DNA of 63,857 nucleotides, filler included, from Reticulomyxa filosa (GCA_000512085.1; 17 parts of 17 records of this genome joined end to end with filler, not necessarily neighbours in it); one strand, 5' to 3'; positions 40,026 to 52,006 are shown, counted from the first letter of the whole stretch. A program made the numbers and translations. Notes: generated by a model not told the origin, from the sequence alone.

Positions 40026-41207
40026 GAGATTGTGACTGAAATGGGATTGTTGATATATGAACCCAGTCGGAAAGAACGTCGACGAATGCGCCAACAAGAA
40101 CAACAAAGACGTAAGAGAGACTCGAATATTCGGCTGTCCACAGACGCAGGATCCGACGGTGACGGCGAGAGGGACTCTGACATTGATTACTACGAGTCGG
40201 AAGAAGAGGAAGAGTCAATTAGCAACACTACACTGGGAGTAGAGTCGTTTGGCGACGGAACGACAGCATATTTCCGCAATCAACCTCCAAATACTTTAAA
40301 CATGAACAACCAAACTTTCATGGCACAAATCCCACCTTCGTATCGCAGCTTATTGCAATCTGTCATCGCCAGAGCTATTGCTGATTGCAAGACTTTGAAA
40401 TTTATCAAGATGTGCAATGCCTTGGTGGACGACGCTTTTTTAGAAAAAGTTCAGAATATATATGTGTATATATATATATATATGTATATATGTGTGTATG
40501 TGTAAAAAAAATAAATTTTAATCAAATATGATTTGCTTGATACGATGAATGTTGTTCATCTGATTGACATTGGATCGGAATACTGGATTCGCAAAAAGAT
40601 ATGCAATGAATTAATATCACAACGTGCCAAAGATAGCAGTATTACCGAGTTATGGTTGGATTTGAATTCGATTGGAGATGCAGGGATGATGAGTTTGTCA
40701 CAGTTTATTTTGAGTAACAACCGCATAACTATCATGAAATTACAACAAAATAAATGTGTGATTAGCAACAATGTCTGTGAAGGGTTGTTGAAAGCTTTGG
40801 AAATGAATCATTCCATAATCAAGTTTGAATTTGATTTTAAGCTTATCCAACACCGAGACAAGTTACAAAAAATAATGTGGAGGAATTGGGGACATTTACA
40901 TCAACAACGCATGCAACGTAAGAAACAACAAATGAGACCACAATCCTCTTCTGCAATTCTTGGTCCTCGTCACGACAGTTCTGTTACCGTGCAACATAAA
41001 AGTGCTGCTTCGTTTTCTACGATTGAAATCGACAATGCTACCCATTCTATTCATGCACTGCTTCCCAATCGATCACGAAGACAAAGCAAAAGTAACTTGG
41101 TCAACGCAATGACATCTGCACGTTCACAACAAGGCAATGCTGTCGGTTACTCTCGTAATAACACTGTCATCACTAACCAGAGTCCACTCACAAATTCCGA
41201 CTTGTAG
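40026..41207 (+). CDS. Tropomodulin/leiomodin-like LRR domain protein (5'-truncated)
   Basis: TLNMNN...IARAIADCKTLKFIKMCN..VDD, ITELWLDLNSIGDAGMMSL, NNRITIMKLQQN, ALEMNHSIIKFEFDF...RDKLQKIMWRN: RI-like LRRs ending in a Tmod-type capping helix. Confidence 0.65.
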
Positions 41208-42279
41208 AATTATTTATATGTCAGGGTCCTTTTTTTTTTTTTTTTTTTTTTTTTTTTGGGTTTTTTTTTTTTTNNNNNNNNNNNNNNNNNNNNNNNNNNN
41301 NNNNNNNNNNNNNNNNNTTAATTAATTAANNNNNNNNNNNNNNNNNNNNNNNNNNNNNNNNNNNNNNNNNNNNATTCCGGTGAAATAACTTTGATTTTTG
41401 ACAAAGTTAGACTGCGATCAGTATTTTTGCAATAAAAAATGTACTATAATGAAGCTTTTTGAGAAAATGACTTCTCATATGGCGCTATTGAGAATCCCAA
41501 GGAGTTACAAATAATTTTGAACAGCCTATCTATTGCTCTTTCCAAAACACCTTAAAAAAAAGTTGGATTGTAAATAATGAAACAGATATATTTTTTAGTC
41601 TGAAAAGCGTAGATTATTTTAGAATCAATTTCGGTCTTTCTACGACGATTTTACATCAATGAGAACAGCGAATAAGTTTAAAAAGTTGAAGTTTTTTCAG
41701 TTTTTCAAAGTGACATATGATTGAGTTTTTTCGCAAATAGAAAGGAGTTATTGAGTCGCGATTGCGTGGACCTGGTAGTACTCTCCGAGTTCTACAAAAG
41801 TGTGTTTTTGGTGTATCTTTTGAAATCTCAACTGTATCGAGTAAAGCTTTATTCTACGTATTTCCGGTAACAATCCACAGTTGCGTTAAAATGTTGCTCT
41901 AGTTAGAATGAAAAAAACAAATGATTTGCTACAAACTTTGAAAATAACATTAAATTCTGCAAAAAAAAATTTTTGATAACAAAAAATTGAGTTTTCTCAA
42001 AAACTATGCAACATAGAAAGCTAATTTTTTTAAAATATACTAATTGTAAAAAAAATTTTGCAAATTTCATGATTACGACAAAGTCACATTATCAACTTCT
42101 TCTCGGAAATTTTTAAAAATCAATAAAATATTTAAATTTTAAACAATTAGTAAATATATAATAAAAACTAAATTCAAAATTATATTTAAAAATTACAATA
42201 TTATTATATATATTTTTTAATAAATATAATGCAATTTTAGGTGTCAACTTTAATTTACATTTTACTGGATTTTCTGTCT

Positions 42280-42960
42280 TGATTTTACATTCAATAAACA
42301 TATTGTTTTATCATATTATAATGACGCAATAGTTTGACTAATATGTAGAATATTTCAATTCATTTACATTATCTTGATGGTCTTCAAATTTTTTCAGGCT
42401 CAATTTTATATCTAATATGATGATAGTCTTGTCATATGGACAAGATAAAGCAAAGTTGCAATTTGTGGAAAATTGTATTTGCATTAAATCTGAATATTGT
42501 TTAATTTTTTACCCATTAAATCACATATGATAATTGCTTTGTTAGCTGATGATGCACAATCATTTACTATCTATCAAAAAGTGTACTATAAATATATTAA
42601 TATCAATCATTTTTTTGATTTCTTTTCCAGAATTTATTTTCCATAATCACATGGCTTGTGAAATGAACACAATATAATATATTTACTATTAAATCGAAAT
42701 ACCATTATAACTTCTTAAATTCATTTCTTGATTTTATATTAGCAAGCGAATAGTATTGTCATCTGAGCACGAAGCAATGAGCTTTCTATTGGCGAAAATT
42801 CCGCAATATTGACACAATCAAAATGTTTATTTAAAATTTGTGTTTATTCTCCTGGTACAACATTCTATATTTGAATAGTACTATCATTTGCTAAAAATCT
42901 TATACTATTTATCCACATGTCGTGTCCTTAAAAACCTTCCACAATTTGACTATGTTGGAT
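42280..42960 (-). pseudogene. Decayed WD40-repeat pseudogene
   Basis: Minus-strand remnants GHDMWINSIRF, HFDCVNIAEFSP, LIASCSDDNTIRL, SCPYDKTIIILD, HQDNVNELKYS and YDKTICLLN, broken by stops and frameshifts. Confidence 0.7.
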
Positions 42961-43623
42961 ATAATAAAATTTTATAATTACAGTAGCTACTTTTACTAGT
43001 GTAAAAAAACGTTGAACAGCAATACTTAACTTATTTCAGAACCATTCAAAGCCACACTAGTTTTAAACTTAAAACTCGAATCCAATTTGAATAATTATCT
43101 TATTTTGTCGCAATTGATAAACCCAAGTATTAACAATAATTTAAATAAAATGCACTTTTGAATTTTACTCAATTCGACCACGCCACTTAGGATGTATTGC
43201 TTAAATATGAAATACATATAAAAAGATGAAAAGAGGAAATTACATCTTATTTGTTGTTTATTTTATTGAGGTAATGAATAAACAGAAATAAGCAAAATGT
43301 AGCAAGAGAGAATATTCGTAAGAAGTGAACAAGATGGAGAAAGCGCAGCTCTATTTCTTACGCCATTGTGTCTGCAGGATAGAAAAGCAGTCTGCAAAGT
43401 TTTATGAGAGTACAGTTTTATTTTAATTTGAAAATTGTTTAATTCATTTCAATTAAAACATATGACTTTTTTTTTTTTGGTAATATCACTTTTACTTAAT
43501 GATTGAAGTTTTTTTTAATTACAAAAAGATAAATAAAGACAGAGAAGAAATAAAGCAATTTTTTGGAGAAATCACATACCAAAAAAAACCCTCCCAAGGA
43601 TACAACAACAACAAGAAAAAGTG

Positions 43624-45272
43624 TTACCAATGAGAGTCAAACTCAACAAGAACAAAGGGTATCATCTCACTCCAATCGGGTCTGGTATTGGTGAGAGGAT
43701 TGATATAATTGCGATGAAAAGGGAACCACTTTCTGTCCATAGCGAGTTCTTGTTGAGTGATGCAAAAGTGTGGAATGCCATCGTCAAAGGAGTCGCAAAG
43801 GACATGACGCATGAAAGAGACAACGAACAATTTGTCCAAGATATCGGGATTGGTGATGACACTGGAGATATTGGGCGGGAAGTTCATGGCCGACTTGGCA
43901 TAAACATCGCCCATGTAGCACAAGTGATTGGCACGATAATACCTTTGTTCGCCGACGTTCCACCCAGCTTCTTGAAAATAGGGGACAATATTTTCCCACA
44001 TGTTAGTGCCGACAAGACTATGAGCGACGCCAATCATGAGGAAATACGACGAGTTGGTCATATAAAACACTTCAGGCGCAGTGACAAAGTACTGTGAGTC
44101 GCGATTGTCCGCCAAGCAACGCGTGTCATACTCCAAGCAGCCAAAGCCATAATCGAGCGTGCCATGATAGAACGGCGCACTCACAATCATCGTGCGATAC
44201 TCGAAGCCAAAGCCAGTGCGTACATAATTCACCACGCTGGATACAAGCGTTTGAAACGCGCTTTCGAGCTGTCCGCCGTACATCGTCTGCTCGCTTATCC
44301 CGGTCGTCGTGTTGCGAATCATCGCGTCGCATGCCTGTCTGGGCTTCTTGTTATCTCGTAAGCTTGCCGGCGGTGTGATCTTGTAAATGGTATAATTGCG
44401 CGACATGTAATCCATCCAATCGTCGTGGGTATATCCTTGTGTCGTTGCTACCATTCCTCCTCGATACATTAATGCAAAGTTATCCAATGTCTCTCCTGAC
44501 AATAACTGCTCTTCCCAATTGCTTGTTTGGAAGTATACGTGTCGTGTCTCTCCTTTGTATGTGTATTCGTATGGAATGCAGTCCAGGTTTGTCGTTGCCC
44601 CCAAACCACCTTTTCGAATGCGTTTTTTATGTCAGTATACGTCTCTATGTCACCCGTCGATACGTATGTGGCAATGTTGTCGAAGGTGCGATTGCCGTAC
44701 GGCTGCGTGGATATATTCATCACGCGCTGGTTTAACATGTCCCCCAACGAAGCGTAAGGGTCGATCACTAATTTGTTCTCGTCATTATTGCTGCTGCTGC
44801 TGTTGCCTGCGCGGAAACGCAAGTTCACATACGACCGATAACTTATGTACTCCGTTGGTGGGGTGCAGTCGTGCCATAAGATCGCCGAACTTGCGTAGAG
44901 CATATAATAATCGGTGTCGTATTGGTGGGGACGGAGGTGGCTTTTCGCACCTTTCAACGATATTATCAAGTCTTCTTCTTCTTCTTCTCCTCTTCTGGAA
45001 TGCTCTTGTGATAAATCCGATTCTCCTATCTCACGTTGAAATGAAAACAAACTGTAACCTAACATCGGATTCGCACCGTAACTTGACACGTTGTAACGCC
45101 AATATGCCCAACCCCTCTCCACTTCATATCCCAACGATTCTAGCTCGGATAACACTTGCTCTAACGCTGTATCATTCCTTTGGCACTCTAATACACTATT
45201 CACCAAGGTTATGCACAATCCGCATAGCAATAGTCCCCTTGTCAAATGGAAGGGTTTCCAAATTGCCATCAT
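43624..45272 (-). CDS. Intronless secreted protein of unknown function (~550 aa; one homopolymer frameshift at ~44611-44614)
   Basis: Signal peptide MMAIWKPFHLTRGLLLCGLCITLVNS. Motifs YGANP, CTPP..YISYRSY, YASLGDMLN, NLDCIP, CLADNRDSQY. ORFs 44469-45554 and 43624-44604 join if one base is added to the A4 run (EKGGLGATTN). Confidence 0.75.
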
Positions 45273-45882
45273 TGTGGGTTCAGCCCCCTCTTTTAAAAAT
45301 AAACCTAAACATCTCACTTTTTTTACTAGATTGCAGTGGATTTGTGCAAGTGTTTTGGGGCTATGCTTTACATTCACTTCCACTTTGTTAAAATACTTGT
45401 TTGCATTTGTTTCACTTTTTAAATGATTTTTAGATGTAACCATTTCACTTTCGGTTCTCTTTTTTTTTTTTGGAAAATGTTTGTGAACTAAAACTTTTTT
45501 CAAATTTTGAAGTCGATCTTTTTTGTTCTCTTCAATCCTGACGTTTTCGTTCAAGAGACAATCAGGTCAGAAACAATCATAAAATACATTTTTTTCGTGA
45601 TCCTCAAAGTAGGTTGAATGAAAACTAGCGTAACCTGTAGACGGCCCACAAAAGTACTCAAACAAAAGAGAAGGAGAGTACAGGTCCGCACGTTTGCGCA
45701 GACGTAAACTATGCCAAGACAGCCAAATATCAATGGTTTTAGACCCAACGATTGTAGCTCACTTGTAGAAACACAAAGCGATTCATTTATTAAAGTTTGG
45801 ATAAAATTACTGTCTTTTTGCAAAAAAAAAAAAAGGTTTTAATCAGTTGGTTGAAATATTATGTGACTAGACCCAAGAAATA

Positions 45883-48800
45883 ATGCGTGTGTTTACACAT
45901 GGTAATATAAATGAGTTCTACCATGTTTGTAAAGAACGCACCAAACTCATAGGAGGTATGCAGAATGGAGTAGAAGTTGGAAAGTATGAAGCGGAAATGA
46001 AAGCATTGATAAGATTGTACGGTGATGTAATTAAAGAAGAAGAATTGAAAAAACTACTTGAACAAAGCAATGGCAATGTATCAATAGTGATTGATCAGAT
46101 TACAGCTACACTGCTGAACCAGAATGTCATTCATATTTTCCACACATACAAAAAAAAAAAAAAAAAAAAATTTACATATATTTTTGCATAATAAAACAAA
46201 ACGATAAATAGACTGTTGTTCAAGATTCAATTGAAGAGCATAAAATGGAACAAGTTAAGACTAACGAAGTAGGACAAGAGCCAGAACAATTGAAAAAAGA
46301 AGAAGAAAAGGCAGAAATTGGAGAAACTAAACCAGGAATTAATTTGCAAGGTTATTGCATAAACATGGATTGTTTGGCTGCAAAGGCTCATTTACCAGTA
46401 TGGGTGAATCTTGGATTTGCTGATATTTCATTTCATTCAGATAAAACGTCCTATCACTGTCCAGACTGCGGACAATTGACTGTCACATCAGTTATAAAGA
46501 CAATGGTTTTTAATTCAGAACACTCAATCAGTGCAAGTGATAGCTCTATTCCTGTGAAGCATAATCACTATCAATGCTTTTATTCAATCAAATCAGGATT
46601 ATCTTATGAAGTGAAAGCAAAGAAAATAAGACAACATGCAATAAGTCTGGACGATTTAATTACTCGAAGTGAAAATGCGATGATAAGTAATGAAATACTC
46701 AATTTAGTAGCTGAATTACAAAAATATCTGATAACAGTTGTAAAGCCACCCAAAGTAAAAGACAGTGTAAGACTATTAGAAAAGATTAAATGTGATTACA
46801 ATGGAGATTATAATCAAGTATTTGATGTTGGAAGATTTACAATCTTATGTGACAATGCAACCAAATTGCAAACAGCAGTAGCGGTAATGAAAAAGGCAGA
46901 GAAATTTAATTTGATTGTATCTGAGGATAAAGATTTCTTTGAAAGACAATCGAAGACACATCACAGATTCCACAATATTAAATTATATGTCCCAAAACAT
47001 GATGTATATGTGGAGATGCAAGCAACATTAAAAAACTTTACAACATTGGAAGGATATACTGTAATAGAGAATCCAAAATTAAGTCATCTGTTTTATGAGC
47101 ATATCCGGGCATGGAAACCAAAGAATACAGAAGAAGAAGATTTAAAGCAAGCAAGTGATGAGGCTTTGACAAAAATTAACGATGTTATTTGTGAATGGAC
47201 TGATGACAAAGGAATACAAAAATTAGCAAATCGTTATAAATCTCACCTGGATATCGGAATATTGAAACCTTCACAATTGTTTAAAAGTGAATCAGATATT
47301 AATAATAATGTGTCATTGAAAATGGCACAATTTGTACATGAACAATTATGTAAATTCACTCCAGAGAAAATGAAAGGGAAAGCTATTTATGTAATCTTAT
47401 ATGAATATTATAAAAAGTTTATTATTGGAAATAAAAATCCAGCAAGTTGTTCTGATTTTGCATTATTATTGCAAGAATCAAGGAAACAAGAAATGGAAGA
47501 AGATATTGCAATATCACAAGCCCTTGAAATGTATATTTCATTACAAGCAAATAGTTATCCACATATAGACGGTGATGACAATGAAAAAAATGATACATTT
47601 GATTGTCATCAACATGTGATTGAATTTTTGGAAAAAGAGACAGTAGAAGAAAAGAAACGTGAGAAACAATATCAACAACAAAGAAAAGTAATTATAATTC
47701 AAGGAAAATCAGGGTCAGGAAAAAGTTTATTCTGCCGTCATTTAGAAACAATATTATGGAGTAATTATGCTTTTAATTCAAAACAGCCTATTCCTGTTTA
47801 TATTTCTTTTCCAAAGGTTTATAACAAAAATAATGAAAAAGATATTATTTTACAAGCTTTACAAGGTAAACATATCAGCAAAGAAATCATGGACGCAATT
47901 CGTGAAAAAGTACCATTTGTATTCATTATGGATGGTTTTGATGAAATATTCGATAAATATAATAAAAATGAAAACAATGATAAGTATTTTTATGATCGTT
48001 TTAATTTAAATCAATGGAATGCAAAAGTGATTGTCACTTGCAGAAGTAAAGTATTAAGTGATGAAGATATTAATATCGCTTTAGTTAATGTAAATCAAAC
48101 TCAAAATATAACAACATCAATGATGTATTTATGGCCATTCACAAAACAACAAATTCATAATTATATTGAAAAATTTGCAGTCATGAAATCAAAAAATAAA
48201 AAAAAAGTGATGATAGCAACGATTGGACACCAAAGAAATATGAAGAAACACTGAATAATTATCCAAATCTACAAAAAATGGTAGAAGAGCCTTTTCTCCT
48301 TCAGCTCATTTTAACAGTATTGCCATCACTGGTGAAACAATATGGTGCAGGAAGCAGAATTTCAAAAGCAAAAGTATATGAAGTATTCAATAATCAATGG
48401 ATAGATATCCACAGTGAAAATATTATTTCTAAATTAACAGAATTAAGAATTCAAATGAATATTAACAAAATCAAATATACATTGAAACAATATTGCCTCG
48501 ATTTAGGCTTTGATATGTTCCATCAAGGAAACCAAGTTGCAGTTGAACCAGAATCTCAACATGAAAACAATGACATTAACACCTGGAGTAAATTAGATCC
48601 AGAAATGGAAAGTGATAATAAAAATGGTGTTGTCGATGAAAAAATAGAAATAAAAACGATCAATGATACTTCAAATTCAAAAACACAAGATGTTTGGGAA
48701 AAATATTTCAATGGCGACAGTATTGCAAAATATGTATTGAGAAGAGTTGGCGATAACAAATATCAATTTTTACATAAGTCATGCCAAGAATATTATGCTG

Positions 48801-51415
48801 CACAAAAAATTATATTTGATATTATTTCGTGGAAACCAAATATTGTTACGATTGATAATCAACAATTTCAGCAACAATTTGAAACACATGTCCGACAATT
48901 GTCTATCAATCGCAAATTATTAAATGAAGAATTGGGAATTATTCAATTTATTGCAGAGAGAATTCATGATATAAGTCCAGTATATATTAATTTAAAATCA
49001 AGATTATTTCGAATTGTTGAATCATCAAAAAATAATGAAAATATTAGCATTGCGGCTGCAAATGCAATTACTATACTTAATTCAGCAAATGTAAATATGC
49101 ATTATAGAGATTTGAGCAATGTCAAAATTCCTTATGCAATACTGGATCATGCATTTCTTGAAGGAACCAATTTTACTAATGCTAATTTAAATAATGCTAG
49201 TTTTTATCAAACTTGTTTAAACAAAACTAATTTCACAAATGGATCGATGAATGATGTCTACTTTGGAGAATATGCATATTTGGAAGGACATTCAAATGGG
49301 GTAAACGGAATTAAATTTTCTCCAGATGGATTAAGAATCGTATCATGGTCAAATGATGAAACTTTACGAATATGGGATACAATATCAAGACAACAGCTTT
49401 ATGTATTGACAGGACATTCAAATTGGATAAGTGCAGCACAATTTTCATCCGATGGTTCTAAGATTGTATCATGTGCATGGGATGATCCAATTCGAATATG
49501 GGATGTACTATCAGGTAAACAGATTCAATTATTGGAAGGACATTCGGATAATATATGTATAGCACAATTTTCACCAGATGGTTCAAAGGTTGTATCATGT
49601 TCAGAGGATGAGACAATTCAAATATGGGATACATCATCTGGAAAACAAATTCACTTGATTGAAAAAAATGCAAATTGGGTGGAATTTTTTCCAGATGGCT
49701 CCAAAATTGCAGCGTGTTTAGAGAACGGTGCCATTCAAATATGTGATGTATCATCTGGTAAACGACTCCAAATATTGAAGGGACATCTAGGTCTTATAAC
49801 TGGAATACGATTTACTCTCGATGGATCAAAAATTATATCTCGCTCAGAGGACAATACTATCCGAATATGGGATGTATTATCAGGTAAACAAATTTTTTCA
49901 TTAGAAGGACATACTAAGGATATAAATGGAATACAATTATCATCAGACGGTTTAAAAATTTTATCATGTTCAAGTGATGGCACCATTCGAATGTGGGATT
50001 TATTTTCTGGACGACAACTTCAAGTATTTGAATATTCACAAGGAATAACAGAAGCAAGATTTTCACCTGACAGCTCTAGAATTGTATCTAGTTCTAGTGA
50101 TAAAACAATTCGAATATGGGATGTATCATCTGAAAAGCTACTTCAAGTATTAGAAGGACATTCAGATGAAATAAATGGAGTAGAATTTTTCCCAAAAGAC
50201 AATAAAATCTTATCATGTTCAAAAGACTGTACAATTCGAATATGGGATATAGCTTTAGAAAGAAAAATCCAGTTAACTGAAGAATATTTGGCTAACCTAA
50301 TGGATGTAAGATTATCACATGATGGTTCCAAAGTAATATCATTTTCCTCAGATAAGACAATTCGATTTTGGGATATACAATCAGGAAAACTAATTCAATC
50401 ATTTGAAATAAATGTAAGTGGTGAATATGGCATTCAATTTTCTTTAGATACTTCCAAACTTGTATCATATGAACGCAATAACGAAATTAAAATATGGGAT
50501 GTGTCATCTGGAAAACAGCTTCAAGTATTAGAAGGACATTCAATCGATGCACAGGGAGTACAATTTTCATCTGATAATTCTAAAATTTTATGTTATTTTC
50601 CAAACAAGACAATTGGAATATGGAATGTGATATCTGGCAAACGACTTCAAGTACTAGAAGAACGTTTAAACTATGTAAGTAAAATAAATTTTTCACCAGA
50701 TGGTTCTAAAGTTGTATTTTATTCTGAGGATAGAACACTTCTATTATGGGATTTGTTATCTGAAAAACAATTCAAATTAGCAAAATATGAACATTATACT
50801 TACGACATTAAATTTTCATCAGATGGATCGAAATTTGCATTTGATATATCGGGTACGCTTCATATCTGGGATATATTATCTAAAAAGCAGCTTTTATTAT
50901 TAAAAATGGATTCTCCTACAAAGGATTTGCAATTCTCTCCGAGTGGTACCAAAATATTATTACGTTCATATGATAAAAAAATAAGACTATTGGATGTGTT
51001 ATCTGGGAGCAAAATTCATATATTTGATGGGTTTTCAAATGTATTGGGAATGCAATTTTTGCCTGATGGTTCAAAATTTATCTCTTATTTAGAAGATAAC
51101 ACAATTCGAATATGGGATGTATCTTCAGGAAAACAAATCCAATTGTTAGAAGGACATACAGGAGGTATTGCTGGCATACAATTATCACCAGATGGATCGA
51201 AATTGGTGTCATATGCAAAAGATAAAACAATCCGATTATGGGGTAGTGACAGTGGTAAAATAATTGATGTGAATGAGAGTAGTAGAGTGGAATGTATTTG
51301 GAAAGTGGGCGTTCAAAGTTTTGGCTTATGTATGAAAGACAGTATTTGGAAAAATACAAATGGTTTAACTCAACAACAGAAATTGCTTGTAGAACAACGT
51401 GGTGGAAAATTTTAA
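45883..51415 (+). CDS. NLR-like STAND protein: helical N-terminus + Cys4 Zn-ribbon-like + RelA/SpoT-like nucleotidyltransferase + NACHT + pentapeptide repeats + 16 WD40 repeats
   Basis: Phase-0 GT-AG intron at 46126-46211. RSH-like motifs at 46755-47108. Walker A GKSGSGKS at 47703-47726, Walker B FIMDGFDE, sensor-1 VIVTCR, winged-helix [12 protein letters not shown], pentapeptides at ~49100-49265, WD40s at ~49275-51240. A one-base frameshift in the A9 run (48198-48206) links the 669-aa and 1045-aa ORFs. Confidence 0.9.
49275..51243 (+). repeat. Tandem array of 16 WD40 units (~126 bp each) with nucleotide-level similarity
   Basis: Recurrent TTAGAAGGACATTCA, TTTTCACCAGATGGTTC and ACAATTCGAATATGGGATGTATCATCTGG words at ~126-bp spacing. 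Confidence 0.9.
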
Positions 51416-51951
51416 TTATTAACATGAAAATAAAACTCGTTTTTTAGTTTTGTTTGTTAGATATGGTAAGATCAAAAGCATAAAGATTTAAAAATTAAAT
51501 TATATTTGCAGACTGGTTTACTTGTAATATATTAAAATAATAATCAAAAATAAAAGATTTTAATTGTCTATTTCTACAAATGTCGAAACAAATCAAAGTA
51601 CATCAAATAAATTATTTTATGTATGGCATCAATAGAAGCAAAAAAAAAAAAATATATGTACAACTGAGTAATAAAAAAAAATTATTCTGGCAAAAAGCGG
51701 ATTCCTTTTTGATTTATGATATCATGATTGCTGTTTTAAAATTAAAAATTAATTATATGTTCGTTTTATATGTTTTGCTTAAGATAAATGTTTATTTTGG
51801 CAATTACAAATTACAGTATGTTGCAAAAAAAACTGAACACCTAAAATGCCANNNNNNNNNNNNNNNNNNNNNNNNNNNNNNNNNNNNNNNNNNNNTTAAT
51901 TAATTAANNNNNNNNNNNNNNNNNNNNNNNNNNNNNNNNNNNNNNNNNNNN

Positions 51952-52006
<55 letters not shown>

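Noticed and set aside
43621-45391. Plus-strand ORFs (158 aa, 290 aa) overlapping the secreted-protein gene
   Set aside because: Antisense shadows expected from higher GC. The minus strand carries the signal peptide and motif chain.
49275-51243. Regularly spaced repeats as a CRISPR array
   Set aside because: They are in-frame ~126-bp WD40 coding units, with no repeat-spacer structure and no cas genes.
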